This document shows positions 27,076-36,849 of a DNA stretch of 64,000 bases, one piece after another. The notes below the pieces were generated by a model. That model saw nothing but the letters and a program-made list of their open reading frames with translations, was not told where the DNA came from and did no database searches. Every line of letters begins with the position of its first letter. Positions within the stretch are counted from its first letter, which is position 1. Position numbers and translations under genes: made by a program. This DNA comes from Planctomycetota bacterium. Its GTDB lineage: Bacteria; Planctomycetota; B15-G4. Location: assembly GCA_965248575.1 (NCBI GenBank), contig CBDFJQ010000002.1:2016001-2080000 (forward strand). Direction: 5' to 3'.

Positions 27076-29163
27076 CTAGGGCGATGTGCCCTTCATGGCA
27101 TTGGACAAGACCAGGCCGTGGATGGACGACGCGTCTTGCACGATGGCCTGCCAGTAGGTCTCGGTCCCCGCAGGAACGCCCGCTGGCCAGGGCGTGGAAG
27201 CCGTGAACATGCCGCCTGCATCCGTCACTGCGAGCACTTGCGTCGCAAACGGGAACGCATACACCTCCCCCCCCAGAGCGTTGAAGGGCGTCGAGCTGAA
27301 CGAAAGCCACGTGAGGAAGAAGGCATTGGGTGCCGCCCCTAGCAGCCGGTAGGTCACGGGCGCCGCCGGGTAGTTCCCTGAGAGAGTCAGGGAGGGCACT
27401 CCCGCAACACCCTCTGTGCCACACCCGAGGTTCTCCCAAAGAGCTGCACCGCTGCTCGTCTGCAGATACGACACCGTCGACGACACACCCAGGTTGCCGT
27501 TCCCGTCGGTTGCCTCCACGCGGTAGCTCAGCATGCCGGAGAGCTCGCCGGGGATGACCCCGCGAAACTGTTGGCCGCCCTGACTGGCCATGACGACGCA
27601 GGTCTCGGGCCCACTGCCCACACTGTAGATCAAGTTCACCCGGTCGAAGGCGATGATGTAGTAGGGGTCGTTGTCGCGCACGGCAGCATGGATGACGGTG
27701 TCGGTGCCATCGGCTTTGTCCGCCTGTTGCGTGAACATCGCGAAGGTCGGCGCGTGGGTGTCTGGCTCACCCAGCACGTTCTCCCAGTAGCGGTTGTTCT
27801 GGTTGCCGTCGTTCACCAGCAGGAGGTCCGTGTCCCCATCGCCGTCCAGGTCGGCACACTCCCCGTCCAAGGTGGTGCCTCCATTGCCAGAGGAGGGAGT
27901 CTCCAAGGCGGGTGCCAGACCCGTCCCGGTGCGATGGAAGAGCCCCTCGTGCAGGGCAATCCCGTCCACCAAGCTGGATTGATAGATGCGATTGGTCCCG
28001 GAGAAGATCGCCTCAAAGGCGTCGAGATCTCCATCCCCGTCGTAGTCGAAGAAGTCCAGCTCGTTGGTGTCCACGTTGGGGTCGCCCTTGATCCAGTGCT
28101 GCTGGATGGAGAACTCTCCACCCTCGTTGACCAACAGGCGATCCGTGAAGCCAGCGTAGTCCGTCATCCAGACATCGAAGTCGCCATCGCCGTCGACGTC
28201 CGCAAACTCGGACTCGTAGTTGCTGGTGCCCGACAGGGTCGCGCCGGTGGCGATCAAGGCCGTCTGCGTGATGTCCGTGAAGGGGTCCGTGGCCCAGGCC
28301 GCATCGACCAGGTTGTTGCGGTAGACCCGCGCCTGGGAGTCCCGACTGCTCGCCATGACATCCAAGTCGAAGTCCCCGTCGAAGTCCGCGAGGTCGATGT
28401 CCAGGGTGTGCAGCTGGATGTCAGCCGTGGCGTTGGCCCAGGGCCACAACTCATCGAAACGCCCCGTGCCATCGTTGAGGAAGATGCGCGATTCCCAGGA
28501 CCCGCTGATGTTCGGTCCGTAGGTGCTGTGGAAAAGATCCAGATCCCCGTCATCGTCCAGGTCACCGAAGTCGCAGTCGCAACTGAAGTCCCGGAAGGGG
28601 CCTTCGCCGTCCTGCACACCGGCTTCTTGGGTGAGGGGCACATCGACGAGCGTGCCCCAGAAGGCGTCGGTGTCATCAGAGTAGAACCCGATGGCGCCCT
28701 GCTGCTGACCGCCCTGGTTCCGATAGGCGCGGTTGACCTCACCCGCGTTGACGGTGGTACCGCGGTTGGCCACGAAGACGTCGAGGTCGGCGTCGCCGTC
28801 CCAATCCACGAACTCGATGTCGCGGCTGGTGTCGTTGGGGACCCCAGCGAAGCGCGGCGCGGAGCGATCCACGAAGTCACCTTCGACACCACCCTGGATG
28901 CCGCCTTGGTTCAGGAAGAAGGCGTTGGCCTGGGCGGAACCATCGCCGCCGTTGGCGACGATCACATCGAGGTCGCCGTCGAAGTCAGCGTCGCCCACAT
29001 CGATGTTCTCCGAGCGACCGGCACCGAACGCCACCTCGGCTGTGGGGAAGTTCCGCCCCAGCTGCAGGTCCTCCAGCTGGGCTCTGGCCCCTTGAGCGGC
29101 CCCGGGCCCCAACAACCATCCAGCGGCGATCACGGTCCCAAACAACAGCCGATGCATATGCAT
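27076..29163 (-). CDS. Secreted FG-GAP/VCBS repeat protein with C-terminal accessory domains
   Basis: Signal peptide; about 7 DxDxDGDxD repeats. Confidence 0.85.
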   Translation of the reverse strand: MHMHRLLFGTVIAAGWLLGPGAAQGARAQLEDLQLGRNFPTAEVAFGAGRSENIDVGDADFDGDLDVIVANGGDGSAQANAFFLNQGGIQGGVEGDFVDRSAPRFAGVPNDTSRDIEFVDWDGDADLDVFVANRGTTVNAGEVNRAYRNQGGQQQGAIGFYSDDTDAFWGTLVDVPLTQEAGVQDGEGPFRDFSCDCDFGDLDDDGDLDLFHSTYGPNISGSWESRIFLNDGTGRFDELWPWANATADIQLHTLDIDLADFDGDFDLDVMASSRDSQARVYRNNLVDAAWATDPFTDITQTALIATGATLSGTSNYESEFADVDGDGDFDVWMTDYAGFTDRLLVNEGGEFSIQQHWIKGDPNVDTNELDFFDYDGDGDLDAFEAIFSGTNRIYQSSLVDGIALHEGLFHRTGTGLAPALETPSSGNGGTTLDGECADLDGDGDTDLLLVNDGNQNNRYWENVLGEPDTHAPTFAMFTQQADKADGTDTVIHAAVRDNDPYYIIAFDRVNLIYSVGSGPETCVVMASQGGQQFRGVIPGELSGMLSYRVEATDGNGNLGVSSTVSYLQTSSGAALWENLGCGTEGVAGVPSLTLSGNYPAAPVTYRLLGAAPNAFFLTWLSFSSTPFNALGGEVYAFPFATQVLAVTDAGGMFTASTPWPAGVPAGTETYWQAIVQDASSIHGLVLSNAMKGTSP

Positions 29164-29328
29164 GAAGACGCTCTCAATTCCCGACGGATCGACGCCCCAA
29201 AGGGGTTGTTTCTCGCCCTTTTCTAGAACGAAACCGGTCTAGGGCACCCACGGTACATGCATCCCCGAGCGAACGGGTGATCAATCAGAGGGGGCCCTCA
29301 ACGCGCCGACACAGGCTCGCCGTGCAAT

Positions 29329-29347
29329 TACTTTGCACTACAAAGTA
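29329..29347. promoter_or_regulatory. Inverted repeat TACTTTG-N5-CAAAGTA, probable operator of the downstream winged-helix regulator
   Basis: Perfect 7-bp arms in an AT-rich patch about 70 bp upstream of the 29418 ATG. Confidence 0.7.
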
Positions 29348-29417
29348 CTATGCAAGACGAACAAAGGGTGCCAGCCGGACCCTTCCCGCCCCACCGAACC
29401 AGCAGGAGCAGCCTCAG

Positions 29418-30074
29418 ATGCCCCAGCCAGCGAATCAGGCTTCCGCAGCACTCGAACAAGAACTGGAGACACAGGAGGAGCGCGCCTTCCGCTCCCGCTT
29501 CGATGACGGCGTCGGCGACCTGCTCATCGGCTTCGTCATCTTGATCATGGGCGCGAGCGTCGGGACCGAATGGGGCGGACTCATGGGCGTCTGGGGAGCC
29601 CTGGTGGTCCCGCTCTGGGTGCCCCTGCACCGTGCCGTGAGCAACCCTCGGTTGGGCCATGTGGAGTTTGGTCCCGGCCGTCGCGCCAAGGTTCGAAAGA
29701 AGAAGATCTGGCTGAGCCTGGGTCTGGGCGTCACCTTCCTGGGTGGCATCGCCGTCTTCATGCTCTCAACGGACGACCCAGCCGCCGCCGCAGACAACGC
29801 GAGCCGGCCATGGGCCGGGCTGCCTTTCCTCGGGGCCCTGGCCCTGCTGCTCACCGTGGTGGGCGCACTGATCCAGACCAACCGTGCCTATCTCTATGCG
29901 GGCTTGCTGATGGGCTTCGGCTTCACGACACGAGAGGCGACCGGTATCGATCCGCTGGGCCTCGCGCTGCTGCTCTCCGGCGCCTGCATCACGCTCTCGG
30001 GGCTCAGCCTGCTCGTGCGTTTCCTGCGCGCCCACCCACGCCTCGAAGACCCTGAGCTCAACGGGCATGCCTGA
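29418..30074 (+). CDS. Hypothetical multi-pass membrane protein
   Basis: About 6 hydrophobic helices; RBS-like aggag upstream; overlaps the next gene. Confidence 0.75.
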   Translation: MPQPANQASAALEQELETQEERAFRSRFDDGVGDLLIGFVILIMGASVGTEWGGLMGVWGALVVPLWVPLHRAVSNPRLGHVEFGPGRRAKVRKKKIWLSLGLGVTFLGGIAVFMLSTDDPAAAADNASRPWAGLPFLGALALLLTVVGALIQTNRAYLYAGLLMGFGFTTREATGIDPLGLALLLSGACITLSGLSLLVRFLRAHPRLEDPELNGHA

Positions 30075-30390
30075 CGAGACAAAGCCCGTGGACGGCTTCG
30101 CCAACATCGACAAGCTGGTGCACGAACCCGCGCGCCTGAGCGTGCTCGCCACCCTCTCGTACGTTGAGCGCGCCGACGCCACCTTCCTTCAAAAACAGAC
30201 AGGGCTGACCTGGGGCAACTTGTCCTCGCATGTGAGCAAGCTCGAGGCAGCGGGCTACCTGGCCCTCGAGAAGAGCTTCGTGGACCGCAAGCCGAGGACG
30301 ATGCTGCGGCTCACTCCGCTCGGGCGAGAGGCGTTCCAGGACTACCGGAAGCGAATGCTGGACGCCTTGAACGGTCTGCCGCCTGCCTAG
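30067..30390 (+). CDS. Winged-helix DNA-binding transcriptional regulator (HTH_34-like)
   Basis: 'DKLVHEPARL', 'LTWGNLSSHVSKLEAAGY', 'KSFVDRKPRT..LTPLGR'. Confidence 0.9.
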   Translation: MPDETKPVDGFANIDKLVHEPARLSVLATLSYVERADATFLQKQTGLTWGNLSSHVSKLEAAGYLALEKSFVDRKPRTMLRLTPLGREAFQDYRKRMLDALNGLPPA

Positions 30391-30516
30391 CTGGCTAGCC
30401 CCGATCGTCGTCCGGAGTCTTCGGGGCTGCCACCAGGGCCGGCCATCGACCCGCGAGAACGGGTCGACACCGAGCCGATCCTTGGTCGGCACCGACACTC
30501 GGGGCAGGATGGCGGT

Positions 30517-32130
30517 ATGAGCGCCTCCCGCGACGACACCCCGAAGGCTTCCGGAAACCCAAGCCTGCTGCTGGCCATCGATCAGGGAACCACCAGCACG
30601 CGCGCGCTGCTGTTCGAGCCAAGCGGACGCACCCACGGCACGGTCGCTCAGCGCGATCTCCCGCAGGTCTTTCCGGCGCCCGGCCAGGTGGAGCACGACC
30701 CGGAGCTCATCTGGAAGGCCACCGTCGAGACCTGTCGCCTCGTGCTGGCGCAGAACAACATCTCTGCAGCCGATGTCGCGGGCATCGGCATCACCAACCA
30801 ACGGGAAACCGTCGTGGTCTGGGACCGGAAGTCGGGCCGCCCGCTGCACAACGCCATCGTGTGGCAGGACCGGCGCACCGCCGAGACCTGCCGCCAGTTG
30901 CACGAATCGGGTCTGGGTCCGCTCGTGAGTGCCCGCACGGGCCTGCTGCTCGACCCGTATTTCTCAGCCAGCAAGATCGCGTGGATCCTCAACCACGTCC
31001 CCGGAGCCCGGAGCCGGGCAGAGCGCGGGGAACTGGCCGCGGGCACCATCGACAGCTTCCTTCTCTGGCGGCTGACCGACGGTGCAGTGCACGCCACGGA
31101 TGCCACGAACGCCAGCCGTACATCTCTGTTCGACATCCACAAACAAGTCTGGGACGACGAGCTGCTGGAGGCCTTCCAGGTCCCCCGTTCCCTGCTCCCG
31201 GACGTGCGCGACAGCTCAGGCGACTTCGGTGAATGCAGCCCCTCCTTGCTCGGCGCCTCCCGTCCCATTGGAGCTGTGGTGGGCGACCAACAGGCCGCCG
31301 CCTTGGGACAAGGATGCTGGGATGCGGGAACCAGCAAGTGCACCTACGGCACGGGTGCGTTTGCCTTGCTCAACACCGGGAGCGAAGCGCCCCTCTCCCG
31401 GCACCGCCTCCTCACGACGGTGGCCTATCGGCTCGACGGCGACACCCGCTATGCCATGGAGGGCAGCATCTTCTCCGCTGGCAGCACCGTGCAATGGCTG
31501 CGGGACGGCCTGCAGTTGTTGAGCGACGTCCGGCAGAGCGAGGCCATGGCCCGCAGAGCCAAACCGGGCCAGGGTGTGCACCTCGTCCCGGCCTTCACCG
31601 GCTTGGGCGCGCCCCACTGGGATGCAAACGCTCGCGGTGCCCTGCTGGGTTTGACGCGCGACACCAGCGCCGACGACATCGTGCGAGCCGGCCTGGAAGC
31701 GGTCGCCTTCCAAACAGCCGAGCTGCTCGAGGCCATGCAGGCAGACGGCTCCCCACGCCCCGCGTGCTTGCGCGTCGACGGAGGCCTCTCGAACAACAAC
31801 TGGCTGATGCAGCGAGTCGCTGACCTCTTGGACATGCCTGTCGAGCGCCCCAAGAACACGGAGACAACCGCGCTGGGTGCAGCGCTGCTGGCGGCCCGGG
31901 CGTTCGGCTTGGGCACAGCACCGGAGCCCATGTCGAGCGGATCTCCGAAGGACCCGCCCAACACTCCGGCTGTGAAGCAGTCGACCTCCTGGGAACTCGA
32001 CCGGCGCTTCGAACCCGAACTCGGCGAGGATCAACGTGCGGCCGATCGAGCCGCGTGGTCCGAAGCGGTGCAGCGTGTCCGCACCACTGAGGTAGAAGCT
32101 GAGCGAGGGTCCACCGCGGCAGTCGACTGA
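30517..32130 (+). CDS. glpK: Glycerol kinase
   Basis: IDQGTTSTR, ITNQRET, AIVWQDRRT, TDATNASRT, GDQQAA, KCTYGTG, PAFTGLGAPHW, LRVDGG. Confidence 0.97.
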   Translation: MSASRDDTPKASGNPSLLLAIDQGTTSTRALLFEPSGRTHGTVAQRDLPQVFPAPGQVEHDPELIWKATVETCRLVLAQNNISAADVAGIGITNQRETVVVWDRKSGRPLHNAIVWQDRRTAETCRQLHESGLGPLVSARTGLLLDPYFSASKIAWILNHVPGARSRAERGELAAGTIDSFLLWRLTDGAVHATDATNASRTSLFDIHKQVWDDELLEAFQVPRSLLPDVRDSSGDFGECSPSLLGASRPIGAVVGDQQAAALGQGCWDAGTSKCTYGTGAFALLNTGSEAPLSRHRLLTTVAYRLDGDTRYAMEGSIFSAGSTVQWLRDGLQLLSDVRQSEAMARRAKPGQGVHLVPAFTGLGAPHWDANARGALLGLTRDTSADDIVRAGLEAVAFQTAELLEAMQADGSPRPACLRVDGGLSNNNWLMQRVADLLDMPVERPKNTETTALGAALLAARAFGLGTAPEPMSSGSPKDPPNTPAVKQSTSWELDRRFEPELGEDQRAADRAAWSEAVQRVRTTEVEAERGSTAAVD

Positions 32131-32220
32131 GCCCATCGCAGCGCGTCGTCAACGCATTTGCCGGGCCACATGACGGTGCCAGAGCGCCCCAGTGGTGCGG
32201 CCAACCGCCGCAAGCGGGAC

Positions 32221-33081
32221 TCAACCGAAGGTCGAGCGCATGGCTTTGTCCCAGCGGCGTTCGATGGCTTCGAACTCACCGGGGTCCAGCCCCCAGGTGG
32301 AGAGCCAGAGGTGCGCCACCTTGCCCATGCCACAGTCCTCGTGACCAAAGCGCATGAGCCCGTTGTCCGCGTTGTGCACGGTCCCGGCCACGACCCGAGG
32401 GGGCTCGACGACGAGCATCGTGCCCTCCAGCACATCGCCTGAGTTCAGTCGATAGTGGTAGGCATCCCCAGGTTTCGGCGCCCCCGCCCAACCCTCAGCG
32501 ATGAGCCCACCGGGTTCCACGAAGCGCGCCCAGACCTGCGGCGCCTCATCGGTCACGGGACGCTGGATCCACAGAGCCCGCCGGGTCTTCCCGGCGTGGT
32601 GCTCCAGGTACTGCCTCAAGCTGCGTAACTCGAAAGACCAACCCGAGCGAGTGCCTTCGTACTCATCGTCGAAGCTCGCGTCCTGTCCGAAGCCGCTGTG
32701 GACCAGGCGCAAGACCGTCCTGCCTCCCTGCGCTTCGATGTGCCAATCCACGCGCAACGCTCGGGAAGGGTCGCCCCCCTCCTCCGTCGCGGCTTCAATC
32801 CATGTGGTGCGCAGATGGTGCGGCGGGCTCCAGGCTTCAATCAGGCTCACGCCCTTGAAGGCCTCGCCCCAGGCGTAGGTGATGCTGCCCCCGAGGCCCA
32901 ACTCGCTCTCGGCGCCAAACGGAAACCAGTTCTCCAACTCCCGCGCTTCCGTGATGGCCTTCCACACCATCTCGGGCGTCGCATCGATGATGAGTTCGTG
33001 AGTGTGCGAGCGCGTCTCGCCAGACGAGTCTTCCACGATGGAGTAGGGCTTTTCGTCGTTCTTTCGTGTGCTGCTGGTCAT
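32221..33081 (-). CDS. SRPBCC/AHA1-like domain protein (two domains)
   Basis: 'IDATPEMVWKAIT..LENWF', 'TVLRLVHSGF...GWSFEL..L..YLE'. Confidence 0.85.
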   Translation of the reverse strand: MTSSTRKNDEKPYSIVEDSSGETRSHTHELIIDATPEMVWKAITEARELENWFPFGAESELGLGGSITYAWGEAFKGVSLIEAWSPPHHLRTTWIEAATEEGGDPSRALRVDWHIEAQGGRTVLRLVHSGFGQDASFDDEYEGTRSGWSFELRSLRQYLEHHAGKTRRALWIQRPVTDEAPQVWARFVEPGGLIAEGWAGAPKPGDAYHYRLNSGDVLEGTMLVVEPPRVVAGTVHNADNGLMRFGHEDCGMGKVAHLWLSTWGLDPGEFEAIERRWDKAMRSTFG

Positions 33082-33758
33082 GAGCGTTCTCCTGCTGGTG
33101 ATGTGCTTGTCGCTTCGTCTGGCTTCAGAACCGGATGTCCCCCCAACACGAATCGGAACGCCCGGCTCCCGTCCCCTTCGTCGTGGTACTTCGCCGTCAG
33201 AGCCGCCAGGGACGCGGCCAGTTCCTTCGCGAAAGCAGCTCGTGTCTCGGGAGACGCGAAACTCACTTCCGTGTCCATGCTGAGTGTCGGCAGGCTCTTC
33301 CTGGCTGCGGCCGCTCCGCGGCGCAGGCTGCCCACATCACTCGCCATCCTGGTGGCGAGTGCGAGCAGGTACGCGCTGCTGAAACGGTCCTGGACTGCCG
33401 AAGGGTCCACCGCCAGTCGCCCCAGAACTGCCGGGTCGATGCACAGCGACCGAGCGATCGGGCGCAGGATGCGCTCGGTGCAGCCGCGCCGTTTGCGCTC
33501 CAGTTCCAGCTCCACGAAGCCGCTGCTCTCGAGCGCGCGCAGGTGGTAGTTGATCTTCTGGCGCGGCAGCGACAGGCGCTGGGAAAGCCCGGTGGCCGAG
33601 GCAGGCTCTTCGGCGAGCGCCTCCAGCAGTTCGCGCCGCAGGGGCGACAGCAAGCTGGTAAGGCGGCGGCGGTCGTTCACCACATCCAGGGAACCACTCT
33701 CACCTGCTGGGGCCGCCCCCAAGGGGTCCTCGATGGATGCGGGTGCGGGAACGCTCAT
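33078..33758 (-). CDS. ArsR-family helix-turn-helix regulator
   Basis: 'LLSPLRRELL...PASATGLSQRLSLPRQKINYHLRALE..G.VEL'. Confidence 0.9.
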   Translation of the reverse strand: MSVPAPASIEDPLGAAPAGESGSLDVVNDRRRLTSLLSPLRRELLEALAEEPASATGLSQRLSLPRQKINYHLRALESSGFVELELERKRRGCTERILRPIARSLCIDPAVLGRLAVDPSAVQDRFSSAYLLALATRMASDVGSLRRGAAAARKSLPTLSMDTEVSFASPETRAAFAKELAASLAALTAKYHDEGDGSRAFRFVLGGHPVLKPDEATSTSPAGERS

Positions 33759-33774
33759 GAACCGAAGTCTACAA

Positions 33775-33794
33775 TTGACAATCTTTCTTGTCAA
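33775..33794. promoter_or_regulatory. Inverted repeat TTGACAA-N6-TTGTCAA, probable operator/-35 region of the ArsR-SRPBCC operon
   Basis: Perfect 7-bp arms 17 bp upstream of the 33758 start; contains TTGACA on both strands. Confidence 0.7.
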
Positions 33795-33853
33795 ATGAGC
33801 CATGGAGTACCCGATCTGAGCCTCATCAGCTTGTTCTTGCCCGCCTGGGGCCT

Positions 33854-35629
33854 TTAGCGGGCACGCCCTTCGCGCCAGGCCTGCAGCAGTTCCTCATAGG
33901 GAACCGTCTGCCCGGGGGGCTTCTCCTGCGCCAGCTTGGGCTTCGGGGAGCCGGGCGCGGCCAGCCACTCTTCCGCCGGCTTGGGGTCATTCAGCCGGGG
34001 TCCGCATGCGGCCATACCCGCGCGCTCCAAGCGCGCCAGCACCGCGTCCATTTCTGCCGCCAGGGAGTCCAAGGCCTCTTGCGGGCTCTTCTCCCCCGTC
34101 ACGGCCAAGCTGACGTTCTGCCACCACAACTGCGCCAGCTTCGGGTAGTCGGGGACGTTGGTGCCCGTCGGCGTCCAGGCAACCCGCGCGGGCGAACGGT
34201 AGAACTCCACCAAGCCTCCCAACTTGGGCGCCCGCTCGTCGACGAAGGTCGACGCGAGGTCCGACTCACGCACCGGCGTCAGCCCCACCAGGAACTTGCG
34301 CAAGGAGACCGTCTTGCACACAGCAAACTGCGCATAGAGCCAGGCGGCCTTGCGACGTTTCAGTTCAGTGCTCTTCAAGAAGGTCCACGCGCCGCAGTCC
34401 TGGTAGCCGAGCTTCATGCCCTCCGACCAGTACGGTCCATGGGGTGAGGGTGCCATGCGCCAACGGGGTAGACCGTCCTCGTCCACCACCGGCAGGCCCT
34501 CGGTGGTGAGCGATGCGGTGAAGGCCGTGTACCAGAAGATCTGTTGAGCGATATGCCCTTGGCCCGGGACTGGGCCAGCTTCCGAGAACGTCATGCCCGG
34601 GGCTTCCGGCGGCGCATAGGCCTTCAACCAGTCTCGGTACTTGGTGAGAGCGTAGACAGCCCCCGGGCTGTTGGTCGCGCCTCCACGGGACACGCTGGCC
34701 CCCACCGGCCGACAGTCCTCGACCCGGATGCCCCACTCGTCCACAGGCAATCCGTTGGGCAGGCCCACATCCCCCACCCCAGCCATGGACAACCAGGCGT
34801 CCGTGAAGCGCCAGCCCAGGCTCGGGTCCTTCTTGCCGTAGTCCATATGGCCCCAGACCCGCTCGCCGTCGATCTGCTGCACACGGTTGGTGAAGAAGTC
34901 GGCGATGTCCTCGTAGGCCGACCAATTCACGGGAACACCGAGCTCGTAGCCGTAGGCCTCCCGGAACTGCTGCTGGAGGTCGGGCCGCTCGAACCAGTCC
35001 TGCCTGAACCAATAGAGGTTGGCGAACTGCTGATCCGGGAGCTGGTACAGCTTCCCATCGGGACCGGTGCAGAAGCTCTTTCCGATGAAGTCGTCGAGGT
35101 CGAGGGTGGGCAGGGTGACATCCGCCCCCTCTCCCTGCATGAAGTCCGAGAGGGGCACCACGAGACCGGAACGGTAGTGCGTACCGATCAGGTCGCTGTC
35201 ATTCACATAGGCGTCGTAGATGCTGCGCCCGCTTTGCATCTGGGTCTGCAACTTCTCGATCACATCACCCTCTTGGATCAGATCGTGGGTGATGGAGATG
35301 CCCGTGATCTCGGTGAACGCACGAGCGAGAGTGGAGGCCTCGTAGTCGTGGGTATCGATGGTCTCCGAAACGACCTGCAGGCTCATGCCCCGGAAAGGCT
35401 CGGCCGCCGCCGCGAACCAGCGCATCTCTTCCAACTGCTCATCCCGCGACAGCGTGCTGGGCTGGAACTCCTCGTCAATCCAGGCTTTGGCTGCTTCGTC
35501 ACGGGCCACGGCGAGCGATGGGTCCTCTGCGGGCCGTGGCGCGTCTCCATCCCCCCCACAGGACGTGCACAGCGCGCCGCCCAGAATCAGGGCCCCGAGC
35601 GAAACACCGCCAAGCTGGATGATGCGCAT
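33854..35629 (-). CDS. glpV: Glycerol ABC transporter substrate-binding lipoprotein (GlpV-like)
   Basis: Lipobox-like 'LCTSC'; 'WIDEEFQPSTLS', 'QLPDQQFANLYWFR', 'GHMDYGKKDPSLGWRFTDAWLSMAG', 'WTPTGTNVPDYPKLAQLWW'. Confidence 0.85.
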   Translation of the reverse strand: MRIIQLGGVSLGALILGGALCTSCGGDGDAPRPAEDPSLAVARDEAAKAWIDEEFQPSTLSRDEQLEEMRWFAAAAEPFRGMSLQVVSETIDTHDYEASTLARAFTEITGISITHDLIQEGDVIEKLQTQMQSGRSIYDAYVNDSDLIGTHYRSGLVVPLSDFMQGEGADVTLPTLDLDDFIGKSFCTGPDGKLYQLPDQQFANLYWFRQDWFERPDLQQQFREAYGYELGVPVNWSAYEDIADFFTNRVQQIDGERVWGHMDYGKKDPSLGWRFTDAWLSMAGVGDVGLPNGLPVDEWGIRVEDCRPVGASVSRGGATNSPGAVYALTKYRDWLKAYAPPEAPGMTFSEAGPVPGQGHIAQQIFWYTAFTASLTTEGLPVVDEDGLPRWRMAPSPHGPYWSEGMKLGYQDCGAWTFLKSTELKRRKAAWLYAQFAVCKTVSLRKFLVGLTPVRESDLASTFVDERAPKLGGLVEFYRSPARVAWTPTGTNVPDYPKLAQLWWQNVSLAVTGEKSPQEALDSLAAEMDAVLARLERAGMAACGPRLNDPKPAEEWLAAPGSPKPKLAQEKPPGQTVPYEELLQAWREGRAR

Positions 35630-35782
35630 GCAAGAGCTCCCACACCGGTTGGATTGAACGGGCACCGCACCCCGAGCACGGCGACACCATACCGCACCTC
35701 TCCCCTCCTCCAGCTCAGCATCACCCAGACCACTGCTCGGCGGTTCAGGGTGTTGGAGGCCAGCGAGCCATCACCGAATCGC

Positions 35783-36055
35783 TCAACCGCGTCGCATGAG
35801 CAGCACGATCAGCAGCAGTGAGGGCACGGCAGCCCAGCCCACGTGTTGGTCCGTGAAGCCGACCCAGGCGAGGTGCAGCACGGCTGTGGCCACCAGCCCG
35901 AGAAACAAGCGGTCGCCGCGTGTCGTCGGCATGGGCAGCCAACCCTTGCGTTGCCGAGAGGGCGAGCGCCATTCCCACACGGTCATGCCCACCAGCAACG
36001 CAGCGAGGCCCGCAAAGAGACCAGCCGTCGGCAGTGTCCAGGCCATCCACTCCAT
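35783..36055 (-). CDS. DUF2160 small membrane subunit of the glycerol ABC transporter (GlpU-like)
   Basis: 'MEWMAWTLPTA.LF', 'TTRGDRLF'. Confidence 0.85.
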   Translation of the reverse strand: MEWMAWTLPTAGLFAGLAALLVGMTVWEWRSPSRQRKGWLPMPTTRGDRLFLGLVATAVLHLAWVGFTDQHVGWAAVPSLLLIVLLMRRG

Positions 36056-36849
36056 CACACCCGCCCCAGGGCGAAGCCCTTGGCGATGTCGTTGCGCACG
36101 AAGACAATCACGATGGCGCCCGGGATCAGGGTCAGCACACCCGCCGCCGCCAGCACACCCCAGTCCATTCCTGCGGCGGACACCGTGCGCGTCATGACGG
36201 CCGCGATGGGCTTCGCATCCACTGATGTCAGGGTGCGCGCCAAGAGCAACTCCACCCAACTGAACATGAAGCAGAAGAAGGCGGTCACACCCACCCCTCG
36301 CTTCATCAAGGGCAGGAAGATCCCGAGGAAGAAGCGCGGAAAGCTCCAACCATCCAGCTGGGCTGTCTCATCGATGGCGCGTGGAATCCCCGACATGAAG
36401 CCCTCCAGGATCCAGACGGCGAGGGGCACGTTGAACAGCATGTGTGCCAGCGCCACGGCCCAGGGCGTGTCGAACAAACCGATGCTCGAGTAGAGCTGGA
36501 AGAAGGGCAGCAGGAAGACCGCCGGGGGTGCCATGCGGTTGGTGAGCAACCAGAAGAACAGCTGCTTGTCACCCATGAAGCGGTAGCGCGAGAAGGCGTA
36601 GGCGGCCGGCAAGGCCACCGCCAGCGAAAGCACCGTGTTGATCACCACATAGCTGAGGCTGTGCAGGTAGCCGCCATACCAGCTGGGGTCGGAGAAGATG
36701 GTCGCGTAGTTGGCGAAGGTGATCTCCTCCGGCCACAGGCTGAACGCCCTGAGGATCTCCTCGTTGCTGCGCAGGGACATGTTCACCATCCAGTACAGCG
36801 GCAGGAGGGTGAGCAGCAGGTAGGTGAGTACGAACAGCCGGCGCATCAT
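36055..36849 (-). CDS. Carbohydrate ABC transporter permease (second permease of the glycerol ABC system)
   Basis: 'LPAAYAFSRYRF', 'WLLTNRMAPPAVF', EAA loop 'IDETAQLDG'. Confidence 0.9.
   Translation of the reverse strand: MMRRLFVLTYLLLTLLPLYWMVNMSLRSNEEILRAFSLWPEEITFANYATIFSDPSWYGGYLHSLSYVVINTVLSLAVALPAAYAFSRYRFMGDKQLFFWLLTNRMAPPAVFLLPFFQLYSSIGLFDTPWAVALAHMLFNVPLAVWILEGFMSGIPRAIDETAQLDGWSFPRFFLGIFLPLMKRGVGVTAFFCFMFSWVELLLARTLTSVDAKPIAAVMTRTVSAAGMDWGVLAAAGVLTLIPGAIVIVFVRNDIAKGFALGRV

Noticed and set aside
24775..29163. Recurrent DNA motifs (gtcgccgtc-like) as a possible repeat array or CRISPR
   Set aside because: They encode DxDGDG FG-GAP protein repeats; no constant repeat-spacer structure
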